A DNA stretch of 48,025 nucleotides from Acidobacteriota bacterium (GTDB lineage Bacteria > Acidobacteriota > Terriglobia > 20CM-2-55-15), in the NCBI GenBank assembly GCA_023265365.1, contig JAHFTY010000005.1, positions 872-48,896 of the forward strand, given 5' to 3'. A program made the translations under genes and the position numbers. The notes under the pieces were generated by a model. It was not told where the DNA came from. It saw only the letters and a list, made by a program, of their open reading frames with translations, and made no database searches. Every line of letters starts with the position of its first letter. Within the stretch, counting starts at the first letter, position 1. This document shows positions 36,426 through 45,964 of this stretch, piece by piece.

Positions 36426-37943
36426 ATGAATCGGAGAACCTTTCTCAAAACCGCGATCGCGTTCCCCTCCATCCTCCAGTCGGACCGGCAACGCCTTTCC
36501 ATGCCGGGCGGCATCCAGTGCGGCGACGTCACCGCAAACGCCGCCGTCATCTGGAGCCGCACCGAACGACCCGCCAGAATGATCGTGGAATACGCTTCGA
36601 ACGATGGGTTCCGCGATCCGCGCAGGGCCGCCACAACGGTTGCGGAGAGTTCCGGCTACACGGGACAGATCGATATCCGCGGCCTGCGGCCGGGTCAGAC
36701 GTATTTCTACCGGGTTCACTTCGAGGACCTTCGCGACTCGCGCTCAAAAAGCATTTCAGAAACGGGGCAGTTCCGGACGCCGCCTCAGAATCGGCGCGAT
36801 GTGCGGATCCTGTGGACCGCCGACATGGTTGGCCAGGGATGGGGCATCAATTCCGAATTCGGCGGCATTCCCATCTACAAGACGATGGGCGCGCTCGATC
36901 CGGACCTGTTCATCCATTCGGGCGACCAGATTTATGCCGACAATCCGCTCGAATCCGAAGTGAAGCTGGACGACGGCACGATCTGGAAAAATCTGGTCAC
37001 ACCCGCCAAATCGAAGGTCGCGGAAACCCTCGACGAGTTTCGCGGGAACTTCGCATACAACCTTCTCGATGAGAACGTGCGCCGTTTCAATTCCCGAGTT
37101 CCGATGGTCGTTCAGTGGGACGATCACGAAGTTCGGAACAACTGGTATCCCCAGCAGATCCTGGACGACCCGCGCTACTGGATCAAAGAAGCCGCGCTGC
37201 TCGCCGCGCACTCCAAACAGGCCATGTTCGATTACCTGCCGGTCCGGCGCACCGCGGCCGAGCCACGCCGCGTTTACCGGTCCTTCAGCTATGGACCGGC
37301 CATCGATATTTTCGTGCTCGACCAGCGCAGCTACCGCGGCCCGAATGGCGTCAACCGGGAAACCTCACGCGGACCGGCCACCGCGATGATGGGCACAACC
37401 CAACTCGAATGGTTGAAGAAGGCGCTCGCCCGATCCCGCGCGACTTGGAAATTGATCGCCAGCGACATGCCGCTCGGTCTTCGGGTTGGGGACGGAATGC
37501 GGGACAACAATCCGGCCTGGGAAGCGTGGGCGAACGGCGACGGCCCTGCACTCGGACGGGAGTTGGAACTGGCAGACCTGCTTTCCTTCGTGAAGAAGAA
37601 CCGCATCCCGAACCTGGTATGGATCACCGCCGACGTCCATTATGCCGCGGCCCATCATTACGACCCGTCGCGGGCGGTCTTCCGGGACTTCGATCCGTTC
37701 TGGGAATTCGTCGCCGGCCCGATGCATGCCGGAACTTTCGGGCCGAATGCGCTCGATAACACGTTTGGGCCGGAGGTTCGCTTCCATGCCGTTCCTCCGG
37801 GAATGAAACCGAATCGCGGGCCCGCGGACGGCCTGCAGTTTTTTGGCGTTCTCGACTTCGACGCGAAGACCGGTCAACTCAAAGTGAGCCTGAAAAACCT
37901 GGCCGGCGCGACGATTCATGCCGTCACGCTGGATCCGGGCTAG
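36426..37943 (+). CDS. phoD: Second PhoD-family alkaline phosphatase, Tat-exported
   Basis: MNRRTFLKTA signal. GDVTANAAVIWSR, WDDHEVRNNW and ADVHYAAAHHY. TATACT (36410-36415) lies 10 nt before the ATG, with no Shine-Dalgarno sequence. Confidence 0.9.
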   Translation: MNRRTFLKTAIAFPSILQSDRQRLSMPGGIQCGDVTANAAVIWSRTERPARMIVEYASNDGFRDPRRAATTVAESSGYTGQIDIRGLRPGQTYFYRVHFEDLRDSRSKSISETGQFRTPPQNRRDVRILWTADMVGQGWGINSEFGGIPIYKTMGALDPDLFIHSGDQIYADNPLESEVKLDDGTIWKNLVTPAKSKVAETLDEFRGNFAYNLLDENVRRFNSRVPMVVQWDDHEVRNNWYPQQILDDPRYWIKEAALLAAHSKQAMFDYLPVRRTAAEPRRVYRSFSYGPAIDIFVLDQRSYRGPNGVNRETSRGPATAMMGTTQLEWLKKALARSRATWKLIASDMPLGLRVGDGMRDNNPAWEAWANGDGPALGRELELADLLSFVKKNRIPNLVWITADVHYAAAHHYDPSRAVFRDFDPFWEFVAGPMHAGTFGPNALDNTFGPEVRFHAVPPGMKPNRGPADGLQFFGVLDFDAKTGQLKVSLKNLAGATIHAVTLDPG

Positions 37944-37944
37944 T

Positions 37945-38108
37945 CCTGTCCCAACAAGCCGGAATCGGGGAAAAGCGTGGCGCGAAGCGCCGGGGTGGCG
38001 CTGTCAAGAATTCGATTTTGTTGAACGAACCGCCCCGCCGCTGCGCGGCACCAGGCCTTGGCCAAGGCGGGGAAAAGTCCCCGTCCGGCGACGCTCGGTT
38101 TCATGTAA
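37945..38108. repeat. Mosaic repeat, forward copy T-H2-L (no H1, no E)
   Basis: ctgtcccaacaagccggaatcggggaaaagcg-tggcgcgaagcgccggggtggcg-...cgccccgccgctgcgcggcaccaggccttggccaaggcggggaaaagtcc...ggtttcatgtaa. Confidence 0.8.
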
Positions 38109-38358
38109 AAACCACACCTTCTCCCAGGGCACTTCGCTGGAATCCAAGAACATCGTGCAATTTCAGGCAGAACCGAATCCGCGTTTCGGACAGTTCTGCC
38201 TCGTCGAGAAGGGGAACCGAATCGGTTAGGGGTGTTTCCGGACACCACATTAAGAGTCGATCATTGCCGCGGTTCGTGGTGAGCCTCGGCGGTAACCGAA
38301 ATAGTCATTGGGCCAGGAGTCCCTGAGGCTTTAGAGTTTGGGCCGGGAGACACGAACC

Positions 38359-39447
38359 ATGCGCAGAACACTTGCATTCCTTTTCGCTGGGATCGCCGCT
38401 CTTGGCGCGGCGGCCGCCCCGATCGCCGCGCCAAGAATTGTCGGAGGCCCGTTCGTCGTCAAGGTGACCGCGCAAACCGCGACCATCGTCTGGATCGTCC
38501 AAAATGACGGGGTCAGCGTGCGGACGGAAGGCGAGGCGGCTTTGGCTTCTCCATCCTATCGTGTCGAGAAAACGACGCTGACGGGTTTGAAGCCAAACAC
38601 GCGATATGACTACGACGTCGCATCGGGAGGGGAGGAAGGCAAGGGATCCTTCCGCACACCGCCATTTGGCCCGACGGGTCCATTTACCTTTGCCGCCTAC
38701 GGTGACAATCGCACGCGGCCGGATGCGCATCGCGGCGTGATCAACCAGTTGATCAAGCACGGCATACCCGATTTCATCCTTCAGACCGGCGACATGGTGG
38801 CCAACGGAGACGACAGCTCGCAGTGGGGTGTCTTCTTCGACATTGAACGCGAACTTCTCCGGCGGACCGCGTACTTCCCCGCGCTGGGCAACCACGATCG
38901 CAATACGCCTTACTTCCGGGAGTTTTTCCAGGTCAATCCCTACTACTCATTCGACTGGGGCAACGCCCATTTCACCGTCCTCAACAGCGACATAGCCACA
39001 GCCGCTGCCGATGAACCGGCCAGGAACGCATTCTGGGCCGAACAGGTTCGATGGCTGGAGGAGGACCTGAAGCAGAACCAGAACGCCGCCTTCCGTTTCG
39101 TCACGGCCCACCATCCCCCGATCACGGCCGTCGCGCGGCGGCAGGCCGGCAATCCGCGCATGACCGATCTTCTCCCGCTGTTCGAAAAGTACCGCGTCAC
39201 GGCCGGGCTTTTCGGGCACGACCACAACTACCAGCACTATCTCAAGAACGGAATCCACTACATCACGACCGGGGGAGGAGGAGCGCCACTTTACGACGTC
39301 GATCAGCCGCCGGCCGGAATCACGCAGAAGGTGATGAGCATCGAAAACTTCGTTTCCTTTCGCGTCGATGGAAAGGTGATCCGCGTCGAAGCCATCGCAA
39401 TCGATGGCCGGGTGATCGATTCGTTCGAAATCAACGCGGGAAGCTGA
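38359..39447 (+). CDS. Exported metallophosphoesterase (purple-acid-phosphatase-like, N-terminal FN3-like plus calcineurin-like domain)
   Basis: Signal MRRTLAFLFAGIAALGA. Carries YGDNR, GDMV.NGD, GNHD, HHP and GHDHNYQ metallophosphatase motifs. GGGAG Shine-Dalgarno sequence. Confidence 0.85.
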   Translation: MRRTLAFLFAGIAALGAAAAPIAAPRIVGGPFVVKVTAQTATIVWIVQNDGVSVRTEGEAALASPSYRVEKTTLTGLKPNTRYDYDVASGGEEGKGSFRTPPFGPTGPFTFAAYGDNRTRPDAHRGVINQLIKHGIPDFILQTGDMVANGDDSSQWGVFFDIERELLRRTAYFPALGNHDRNTPYFREFFQVNPYYSFDWGNAHFTVLNSDIATAAADEPARNAFWAEQVRWLEEDLKQNQNAAFRFVTAHHPPITAVARRQAGNPRMTDLLPLFEKYRVTAGLFGHDHNYQHYLKNGIHYITTGGGGAPLYDVDQPPAGITQKVMSIENFVSFRVDGKVIRVEAIAIDGRVIDSFEINAGS

Positions 39448-39775
39448 CGGACGCGCCGTCGCCGTACGTTTCGTAGACGTGCTCAAAGACGACCGCGCAT
39501 TTGTGTTTGTACAGGTCCGGCGTATATGCGCGAGGCAGGCCGCCGTCGAGCAGTTCTTCAATCGCCAATCTCACCCGCGACCGGGCTGTGCTCTTCTGCC
39601 GCCAATTGATGACGAGGAGCGATTTCAGTTTCTGAAGCAGTTTCCGGGCAACCTTCTTGATCTCGTCGCGCTCCTCCGTGGTCAGCTCCGGAGCAGGCCG
39701 AATAAGAATGTCGAAGATCACCAGTTTTTCTTCCGGCAGCCGTTCACGAACGTGACGCTGCTCCTCGTCGTCCAA
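39431..39775 (-). pseudogene. hsdR: 3' fragment of a type I restriction enzyme R-subunit gene (HsdR C-terminal DUF3387-like region)
   Basis: LPEEKLVIFDILIRPAPELTTEERDEIKKVARKLLQKLKSLLVINWRQKSTARSRVRLAIEELLD.GLPRAYTPDLYKHKCAVVFEHVYETY matches the extreme C-terminus of HsdR proteins. In-frame stops lie immediately upstream. No hsdM or hsdS is nearby. Confidence 0.65.
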
Positions 39776-39831
39776 GGCTCGGCTTAGTTAGCGTCAGCAG
39801 TTCGCTGAAAGCGGGCCGGCTCCAGGCCCAG

Positions 39832-40214
39832 GTGCATTCGGTTTCCTTCACAGGGCCACTACCGCCGCCGAAGATGCTGGAACAATACAACGGTGTCTTT
39901 CCCGGATGTGCTGAACGCATCGTCGCCATGGCGGAGAAGCAAGCAGAACACCGGCAAAATCTCGAAAAAGAGCGGCTAAAAGCAGATGTATTCAGCGAAA
40001 AATTCGGGTCTGTTCTTGGATTTGTAATTGTGATGGCGCGGTGTGTGGCGGAACTTGGTTAATCCACGAAGGTCATAACGCCTATGGGATTGCCGCCATC
40101 ATCACCTCGCTGGCGACCCTGGCTGGAGTATTCGTCTATGGCCGGCGGGCTCAGCAAAAGGAACGGGCCGCAAATGTTGCCGAGTTTCAGGGTCCGCTCG
40201 ATTCACCGCAATAA
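39832..40214 (+). pseudogene. DUF2335 membrane-protein gene, frameshifted near 40030-40045
   Basis: FTGPLPPPKMLEQYNGVFPGCAERIVAMAEKQAEHRQNLEKERL is the DUF2335 core. The TM tail LIHEGHNAYGIAAIITSLATLAGVFVYGRR continues in another frame after a premature stop at 40060-40062. Confidence 0.6.
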
Positions 40215-40287
40215 TCACGCCTCGAAATGGGAAAACAAACGACCGGCCACGTTTGGCCCCGGTTCTTCTATTTTCCATCCGGTTTTC

Positions 40288-40323
40288 CCCCAATGAGGGG
40301 TGGCGCGAAGCGCCGGGGTGGTC
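40288..40323. repeat. Mosaic repeat fragment (T tail plus H2)
   Basis: ccccaatgaggggtggcgcgaagcgccggggtggtc. Confidence 0.65.
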
Positions 40324-40336
40324 CCGCCGAACTCAT

Positions 40337-42076
40337 TCAGGCCGTCACAATCGGCAGGCGGATGGTGAACGTGGAGCCGGCTCCGAGCCTGCTGGCCACA
40401 GTGACGGACCCGCCCTGACTCTCAATGGCGTGTTTCACGATCGACAGGCCGAGTCCCGTGCGGCCCGGTTCCCTCGATCGGGCGCGGTCGACTCGATAAA
40501 AACGTTCAAAAATGCGCGGAAGCTCGTCCGATGCGATGCCCTGGCCCGTGTCTGCAATGCTCAACTCGACACTGTCCGCGACGATCCTGCAGGCGATCCG
40601 GATTTCGCCGCCCGTCCGGTTGTAGTAGACGGCATTGTCGATCAGGTTGGACACAGCCATCGACAAGCGCGTCTTGTCCGCGCGGATCTCGACATCGGCG
40701 CACTCATTCGCAACGGTGATCTGACGACCGGCAATGATGGAGGTTCGGGATGCGATCTGCTCGTCAAGAATGTTCTTGATGTTGACGGATTCCTTCGAGA
40801 CGAGAGGCTCGGACTCCATGCGAGCCAGGGTCAGAAGGTCCGATACGAGATTTTCCAGGTGTTGCGCGTTCCGCTCGATAATGCGGACAAATTCGCCCGC
40901 GATGCCCGGATCCTGCAGGGCCCCGGAAAGCAGCGTCTCCGCATAACCACGGATTGAGGTGAGCGGCGTTTTGAATTCATGTGAAACGTTGGCGACGAAG
41001 TCGCGGCGCATCCGCTCCGTGTTCCGGATCTCGGTCAGGTCATGAAAGACCATCACCACCGCGTCCACCGCTCCCGACGCGTCCACAACGGCGGCGACAT
41101 TGGCCTGAAGAATGCGGGCGTTCCCTGTGGCGAATTCGACAACCTGCGCCGGTTCAGCTCTCAAGACCCTCCGGACCGCGTCGTCGATGCCGGGATCACG
41201 GAATACTTCCAGCGGAGTCCGGCCGATCAAATCGCGTTCGGTTCCGAGCAGGCCGGGCATCGCGCGGTTTGCCAGAAAAACGCTTCCGGTCCGATCGAGC
41301 ACCATGACGCCCTCCGTCATGGCGCCGACGATGGACTCGAGCCGCTGCTTCTCATCGGTGAGCGCCCGCATCTGCGTGCTCAGGTTTTTCGCCATCGTGT
41401 TCAGCGAATTCCCGAGCGCCGCGATCTCTTCGTCGCCGCTGATGGGGAGGCGTTGCGACAAGTCCCCTCCGGCGAGTTTCGTGGAAGCCTGCGATATCTC
41501 CCGGAGCGGCCGCGAAATGAGCCCGCGGATGAGAATGCCAAAAATCAGGGTCAGCCCGATGGCGATGCCCATTGCGAAAATGAGACGCGATCGCAGGTCC
41601 GCCATCAGCGTTTCGACGGCGGAAAGAGGCATGGCGAGCCTGACGACGTAAGGGTCGAACCGCCGCGCCACGTAAATGAATTCCACCCGGACCGTCGGGC
41701 TCCAGCGGATGGCGGTCCCGGTTCCCTGCTCCTCGGCATCGATCACCTCCGGGCGGGAACGGTGATTCTCGACGCCCTGAAGCTCGGTTCGATCCAGATC
41801 GGAATCGCCAAGCACCGTTCCGTCATGCGCGATGATCGTCACCCGGAGATCGAGCAACCCGCCCAGCCGGTCCGCCAGTTCGTCCTGGTTTCCGCCGGTG
41901 TCTTCGTGCGCAAGGAATGCGCCGGCCAATCCGGCTTCCTCGGTGAGTCTCAATTCGATTTCGGTTTCGATGTGATCGCGTAGAGCCGAGCTCAGGTAAT
42001 TGCCGAGAATTCCAACGGTGAGCCCGATGATCAAGAGGTTCCAGACGACGAGCCGCGAATGGAGCCGGAAGATCAT
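40337..42076 (-). CDS. phoR: Phosphate-regulon-type sensor histidine kinase (TM, HAMP, PAS, HisKA, HATPase)
   Basis: HEFKTPLTSIRGY H-box, and N/G1/G2 boxes (DNAVYYN, DTGQGI, GLGLSIV). Translationally coupled to phoB (ATGA). Lies in the pst-phoU context. Confidence 0.85.
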   Translation of the reverse strand: MIFRLHSRLVVWNLLIIGLTVGILGNYLSSALRDHIETEIELRLTEEAGLAGAFLAHEDTGGNQDELADRLGGLLDLRVTIIAHDGTVLGDSDLDRTELQGVENHRSRPEVIDAEEQGTGTAIRWSPTVRVEFIYVARRFDPYVVRLAMPLSAVETLMADLRSRLIFAMGIAIGLTLIFGILIRGLISRPLREISQASTKLAGGDLSQRLPISGDEEIAALGNSLNTMAKNLSTQMRALTDEKQRLESIVGAMTEGVMVLDRTGSVFLANRAMPGLLGTERDLIGRTPLEVFRDPGIDDAVRRVLRAEPAQVVEFATGNARILQANVAAVVDASGAVDAVVMVFHDLTEIRNTERMRRDFVANVSHEFKTPLTSIRGYAETLLSGALQDPGIAGEFVRIIERNAQHLENLVSDLLTLARMESEPLVSKESVNIKNILDEQIASRTSIIAGRQITVANECADVEIRADKTRLSMAVSNLIDNAVYYNRTGGEIRIACRIVADSVELSIADTGQGIASDELPRIFERFYRVDRARSREPGRTGLGLSIVKHAIESQGGSVTVASRLGAGSTFTIRLPIVTA

Positions 42077-42744
42077 ATGGCGATACGATAGCCCACGCCG
42101 CGCGCCGTTTCGATGCAGGCGCCGTCGGGCCCGAGCTTTTCGCGGAGGCGCCGGACGTGGGTGTCCAGCGTGCGGGAGGTCGCCTCTCCGTGATAGCCCC
42201 AGACGCGGTCCATCAGGGCGTCGCGGCTGAGGACATTGCCGCGGGCTCGCATCAGTTCGTACAGGAGATCGAATTCCTTGACGGTCAGCGGCACGAGTTC
42301 ACTGCCGGCGAAGCACTGGCGTCTTTCCGGATAGAGCTGGATTCTTCCGATTCTCAGCATCCCGGTTTGGTCGCTGCGGCTCCGGCGGAGAACGGACTTC
42401 ACGCGCAACACCAGCTCGCGCGGGCTGAACGGCTTCATGACGTAGTCGTCGGCGCCCAGCTCGAAGCCGATGACCCGGTCGATCTCTTCACTGCGGGCCG
42501 TGAGCATGATGATGGGAATCCGCGTGGACGCTTCGTGCGCGCGCAGGCTGCGGCACACTTCCATTCCGTCGACGTCGGGAAGCATCAGATCCAGGATGAT
42601 GAGGTCGGGCGGGCGCTTCTGAATGATCTCCAGGGCGGCCCGGCCGGTGGATGCCGCGACGGCTTCGAAACCGGATTGAGTGAGGTTGTAAGTGACAAGC
42701 CGGACGATGTCCGGGTCGTCATCCACTACCAGGACGCGTTCCAT
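42073..42744 (-). CDS. phoB: OmpR/PhoB-family response regulator
   Basis: MERVLVVDDDPDIV...DLMLPDVDG...MLTAR receiver domain plus a winged-helix C-terminus (LTVKEFDLLYELM...GVGYRI). The start overlaps the phoU 3' end by 26 nt. Confidence 0.9.
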   Translation of the reverse strand: MERVLVVDDDPDIVRLVTYNLTQSGFEAVAASTGRAALEIIQKRPPDLIILDLMLPDVDGMEVCRSLRAHEASTRIPIIMLTARSEEIDRVIGFELGADDYVMKPFSPRELVLRVKSVLRRSRSDQTGMLRIGRIQLYPERRQCFAGSELVPLTVKEFDLLYELMRARGNVLSRDALMDRVWGYHGEATSRTLDTHVRRLREKLGPDGACIETARGVGYRIAI

Positions 42745-43408
42745 GCCGAATGTCCAACCCCCGGACCATAAATACCACCATCTCCGCGATGTTCGCAGAA
42801 TGATCGCCGACCCGCTCCAGATGTTTGGCAATGAAGATCAATTTGATGGCTCGCGAGATGTTGCGCGTGTCTTCGATCATGTACGTCAGCAGTTCGCGGA
42901 AGATCTGCTCGTACAGATCGTCGATCTCCCGGTCGGCATGCACCACTTTTTCAGCCTGCCCGGCATCTTCATTCACAAACGCATCGAGGCTTTCCTTCAG
43001 AATGCGCTGCGCGGATTCAGCCATCAGCGGCAGGGCGATGAGCCGCTTGAGCTCGGGTTCCTGGATCAGTTCCCTTGCGCGTTCCGCAATATTCACGGCG
43101 GTATCTCCGATGCGCTCGATGTCGCGGACGATCTTGAGGGCGGTGGCGATAAACCGGAGATCGCGGGCGACCGGCTGTTCGAGGGCGAGAATCTGGTAAC
43201 ACAGCGTGTCGATCTCAACTTCGAGCTGATCCAGCGTGTCGTCACGCGCGATCACCTCGTCCGCCAGGGTCGGCCGGCGATCCACCAGCGAGCGGATCGC
43301 GTCGGCGATCATCTGTTCGGCCTGATGACTCATCAGCAGCAGCTTGTCCTTCAACAGTCGAAGCTGCTGCTCGTAGTGTTTGCTGGTGTGTTGTCGAATG
43401 TCGGACAT
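42719..43408 (-). CDS. phoU: Phosphate signalling complex protein PhoU
   Basis: Two PhoU repeats (DEVIARDDTLDQLEVEID... and ADREIDDLYEQIFREL..., each with ERIGD/ERVGD). Confidence 0.95.
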   Translation of the reverse strand: MSDIRQHTSKHYEQQLRLLKDKLLLMSHQAEQMIADAIRSLVDRRPTLADEVIARDDTLDQLEVEIDTLCYQILALEQPVARDLRFIATALKIVRDIERIGDTAVNIAERARELIQEPELKRLIALPLMAESAQRILKESLDAFVNEDAGQAEKVVHADREIDDLYEQIFRELLTYMIEDTRNISRAIKLIFIAKHLERVGDHSANIAEMVVFMVRGLDIRHGTRPGSG

Positions 43409-44172
43409 TATCCAAACCTTCCGGTAATGTAGTCTTCAGTCTCGCGATTCGCCGGCGCCGTGAAGAGGCGTTTGGTTTCATTGAACTCTACCAGCCGCCC
43501 GTTCAAAAAGAATCCGGTTTCGTCCGATACGCGCCCGGCCTGCTGCATGTTGTGCGTCACGATAACGATGGTGTAATCCTTCTTCAGCTCGTAAATCAGT
43601 TCCTCGATTTTAGCCGTCGAAATCGGATCGAGCGCCGACGCGGGCTCGTCCATCAGAATCACTTCGGGCGCAACCGCCAGCGCCCGCGCGATGCAGAGGC
43701 GCTGCTGCTGTCCTCCGGAAAGCGACATGGCGGAACGGTTGAGCCGGTCCTTCACTTCATCCCAGAGCGCCGCGCCACGGAGCGTGCGCTCGACGATCTC
43801 GTCCAGTTCGGCGCGCTTTTTCGTGATCCCGTTCACCCGTGGCCCATAGGCGACGTTTTCGTAGATGGACATCGGAAAAGGGTTCGATTTTTGAAAGATC
43901 ATGCCGACGCGCCGGCGCAGATGGATCACGTCCATCGCCGGGGAGTAGATGTCCTCACCGTCCAGCTCGACCCGGCCCTCCAGGCGCGTGCCGGGAATAA
44001 GGTCGTTCATGCGATTGAGAGACCGCAGAAATGTCGACTTCCCGCAGCCGGACGGGCCGATGAGCGCCGTGACACACCGGTCGTGAATCTGCACATGCAC
44101 GTCGTGCAGTGCCTGGTTGCCGCCGTAGAAAAAGTTGGCGCCTGTGACGCCGATCTTCACCGGGTTGCCCAT
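43408..44172 (-). CDS. pstB: Phosphate ABC transporter ATP-binding protein
   Basis: [23 protein letters not shown] and [12 protein letters not shown]. PstB-typical N-terminus. Confidence 0.95.
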   Translation of the reverse strand: MGNPVKIGVTGANFFYGGNQALHDVHVQIHDRCVTALIGPSGCGKSTFLRSLNRMNDLIPGTRLEGRVELDGEDIYSPAMDVIHLRRRVGMIFQKSNPFPMSIYENVAYGPRVNGITKKRAELDEIVERTLRGAALWDEVKDRLNRSAMSLSGGQQQRLCIARALAVAPEVILMDEPASALDPISTAKIEELIYELKKDYTIVIVTHNMQQAGRVSDETGFFLNGRLVEFNETKRLFTAPANRETEDYITGRFG

Positions 44173-45050
44173 TGCCGCATCCGGTTTCTGATGAGGATGG
44201 CCGTGATGTTCAGAAGAAATGTCAGGATCAGAAGCACCAGCACTGTCGAATACAGCAGCGGTTTCGTCGCATCAACGTCCGGGGACTGCGTGGCCAAAAC
44301 ATAAATGTGATATCCCAACTGCATGAACTGATCGTTCGCATGGGTCGGCAGGCGCGGCAGAAAGTAGGCGGCTCCGGTGAACAGCACCGGCGCCACCTCG
44401 CCGGCGCCTCGGCTGATGGCGAGAATGGCGCCGGTCATGACGCCGGACCAGGACTGCGGCAGGATGACGCGGACAATCGTCTGAAGCCGCGTCGCACCCA
44501 GCGCCAGCGACGCTTCGCGATATTCCCGCGGAACTGCCCGCAGCGTCTCCTCGACCGTAATGATGACGACCGGCAGCGTGAGAACGGCCATCGTCATCGC
44601 GGCCCAGAGAATCGACGGCTGGCCGTAAACGAGCTGACCGCCGTACAGGCCGCGATCGATCCCGCGTCCAATCGTCTGGATGAAGAAGCCCAGTCCGAAC
44701 AGGCCGAACACGATCGAGGGAACTCCGGCAAGATTGTTCACCGCTATCCGGGTCAGCTTGTAGAGCCGCGACTCCGCTCTCGCATACTCCGCGAAGTAGA
44801 TGGCGACGATCACTCCGAAAGGAACGGCGGCGAGCGACATCAGAAGCACCACGAGAACCGTGCCGAGAATCGCCGGGAAAATGCCTCCCGCCGTCATGCC
44901 CTTCACGGGCGACGCGCTGACAAACTCCCAACTGAGGCGATCCTTTCCGTGAATGACGATGTTGCCGACGATCACCGCCAGCATCGCCAGAATGACGATG
45001 GTTGCCGTCAGGGTCAGCGCGACGAAAGTCCGATCGAACGCTTTTCTCAT
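44157..45050 (-). CDS. pstA: Phosphate ABC transporter permease PstA
   Basis: [14 protein letters not shown]... with 6 TM segments and an EAA-like loop ([13 protein letters not shown]). ATGA overlap with pstC. The 596-aa track ORF is an out-of-frame extension. Confidence 0.9.
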   Translation of the reverse strand: MRKAFDRTFVALTLTATIVILAMLAVIVGNIVIHGKDRLSWEFVSASPVKGMTAGGIFPAILGTVLVVLLMSLAAVPFGVIVAIYFAEYARAESRLYKLTRIAVNNLAGVPSIVFGLFGLGFFIQTIGRGIDRGLYGGQLVYGQPSILWAAMTMAVLTLPVVIITVEETLRAVPREYREASLALGATRLQTIVRVILPQSWSGVMTGAILAISRGAGEVAPVLFTGAAYFLPRLPTHANDQFMQLGYHIYVLATQSPDVDATKPLLYSTVLVLLILTFLLNITAILIRNRMRQWATR

Positions 45051-45964
45051 GCGGAACCGAAGAGCCTGATGCGCAGACTGCGCTTGAACCGGTCGCCGGC
45101 CCAGTTCAATAAAGACGTGATGATGAACAGGAGCGTGCCGATGAAGAACAAAACGCGGTAGTGGCCGCTGCCAAAAACGACTTCGCCCAACTCCGCCGCC
45201 ACCGTGGCGGACAGCGTCCGCGCCGGCAGGCCCGGATCGAGCGAAAGGATGGCGGCGTTGCCGGAAACCATCAACACGATCATCGTCTCGCCGATCGCCC
45301 GGCCGAACCCCAGAACGATCGCCGCGCCCACGCCCGGCATCGCGGCAGGAAGGACCACCCGTAACGCCGTCTGCGATTTTGAAGCGCCCAGGGCAAGCGA
45401 GGCCTCGCGATAGTGAGGCGGGACGGCCGTCAGCGCATCCTCGCTCACGGTGTAGATGATCGGGAGAACCGCCAGGGCCAGACCGATTCCGGCGGTGAGC
45501 GCATTCAATCGGAAGTCCAGACCGAGCGTGGACTGAATCCACGAGGCGAGAACGATGAGAACGAAGAAACCCATGACGACCGACGGAATTCCCGCAAGCA
45601 TCTCGATCGCCGGCTTGATCCACTCGCGGCTCGATCCCGGCGCAAACTCCGCCGTGTACAACGCCGCGGCAAGCGCAAGAGGAGTGGCGATCAGAAGCGC
45701 GATCAACGTGATCTTGAGGGTGCCCACAATGAGAGGAACAACGTTGTACTTCGGCGCACCCGACACCGGCTGCCAGCTGAACGGCGCTGTGAAAGGCGAC
45801 ACCAGCGTGATCCCTTCCACCGACCCCGTGGCAATCGGCAACGCCTCCCGCGCGACATAAACGAAAATCAGGAAGATGATGGCGATCGCCACAAATGCGA
45901 ATCCGAAAATGATCTTCTCGGCGGCCGTGTCGAGCCGGCGGCGCCATCGGATATTCGCGTTCAT
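45047..45964 (-). CDS. pstC: Phosphate ABC transporter permease PstC
   Basis: 305 aa with 6 TM segments and [13 protein letters not shown]. Overlaps the pstS stop. Confidence 0.9.
   Translation of the reverse strand: MNANIRWRRRLDTAAEKIIFGFAFVAIAIIFLIFVYVAREALPIATGSVEGITLVSPFTAPFSWQPVSGAPKYNVVPLIVGTLKITLIALLIATPLALAAALYTAEFAPGSSREWIKPAIEMLAGIPSVVMGFFVLIVLASWIQSTLGLDFRLNALTAGIGLALAVLPIIYTVSEDALTAVPPHYREASLALGASKSQTALRVVLPAAMPGVGAAIVLGFGRAIGETMIVLMVSGNAAILSLDPGLPARTLSATVAAELGEVVFGSGHYRVLFFIGTLLFIITSLLNWAGDRFKRSLRIRLFGSA

Noticed and set aside
38165-38203. Hairpin ggcagaaccgaa-tccgcgt-ttcggacagttctgcc downstream of the second phoD, considered as an intrinsic terminator
   Set aside because: No U-tract follows it. 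It lies in the degenerate tail of the 38.0-kb repeat copy, so I could not separate terminator function from repeat structure.
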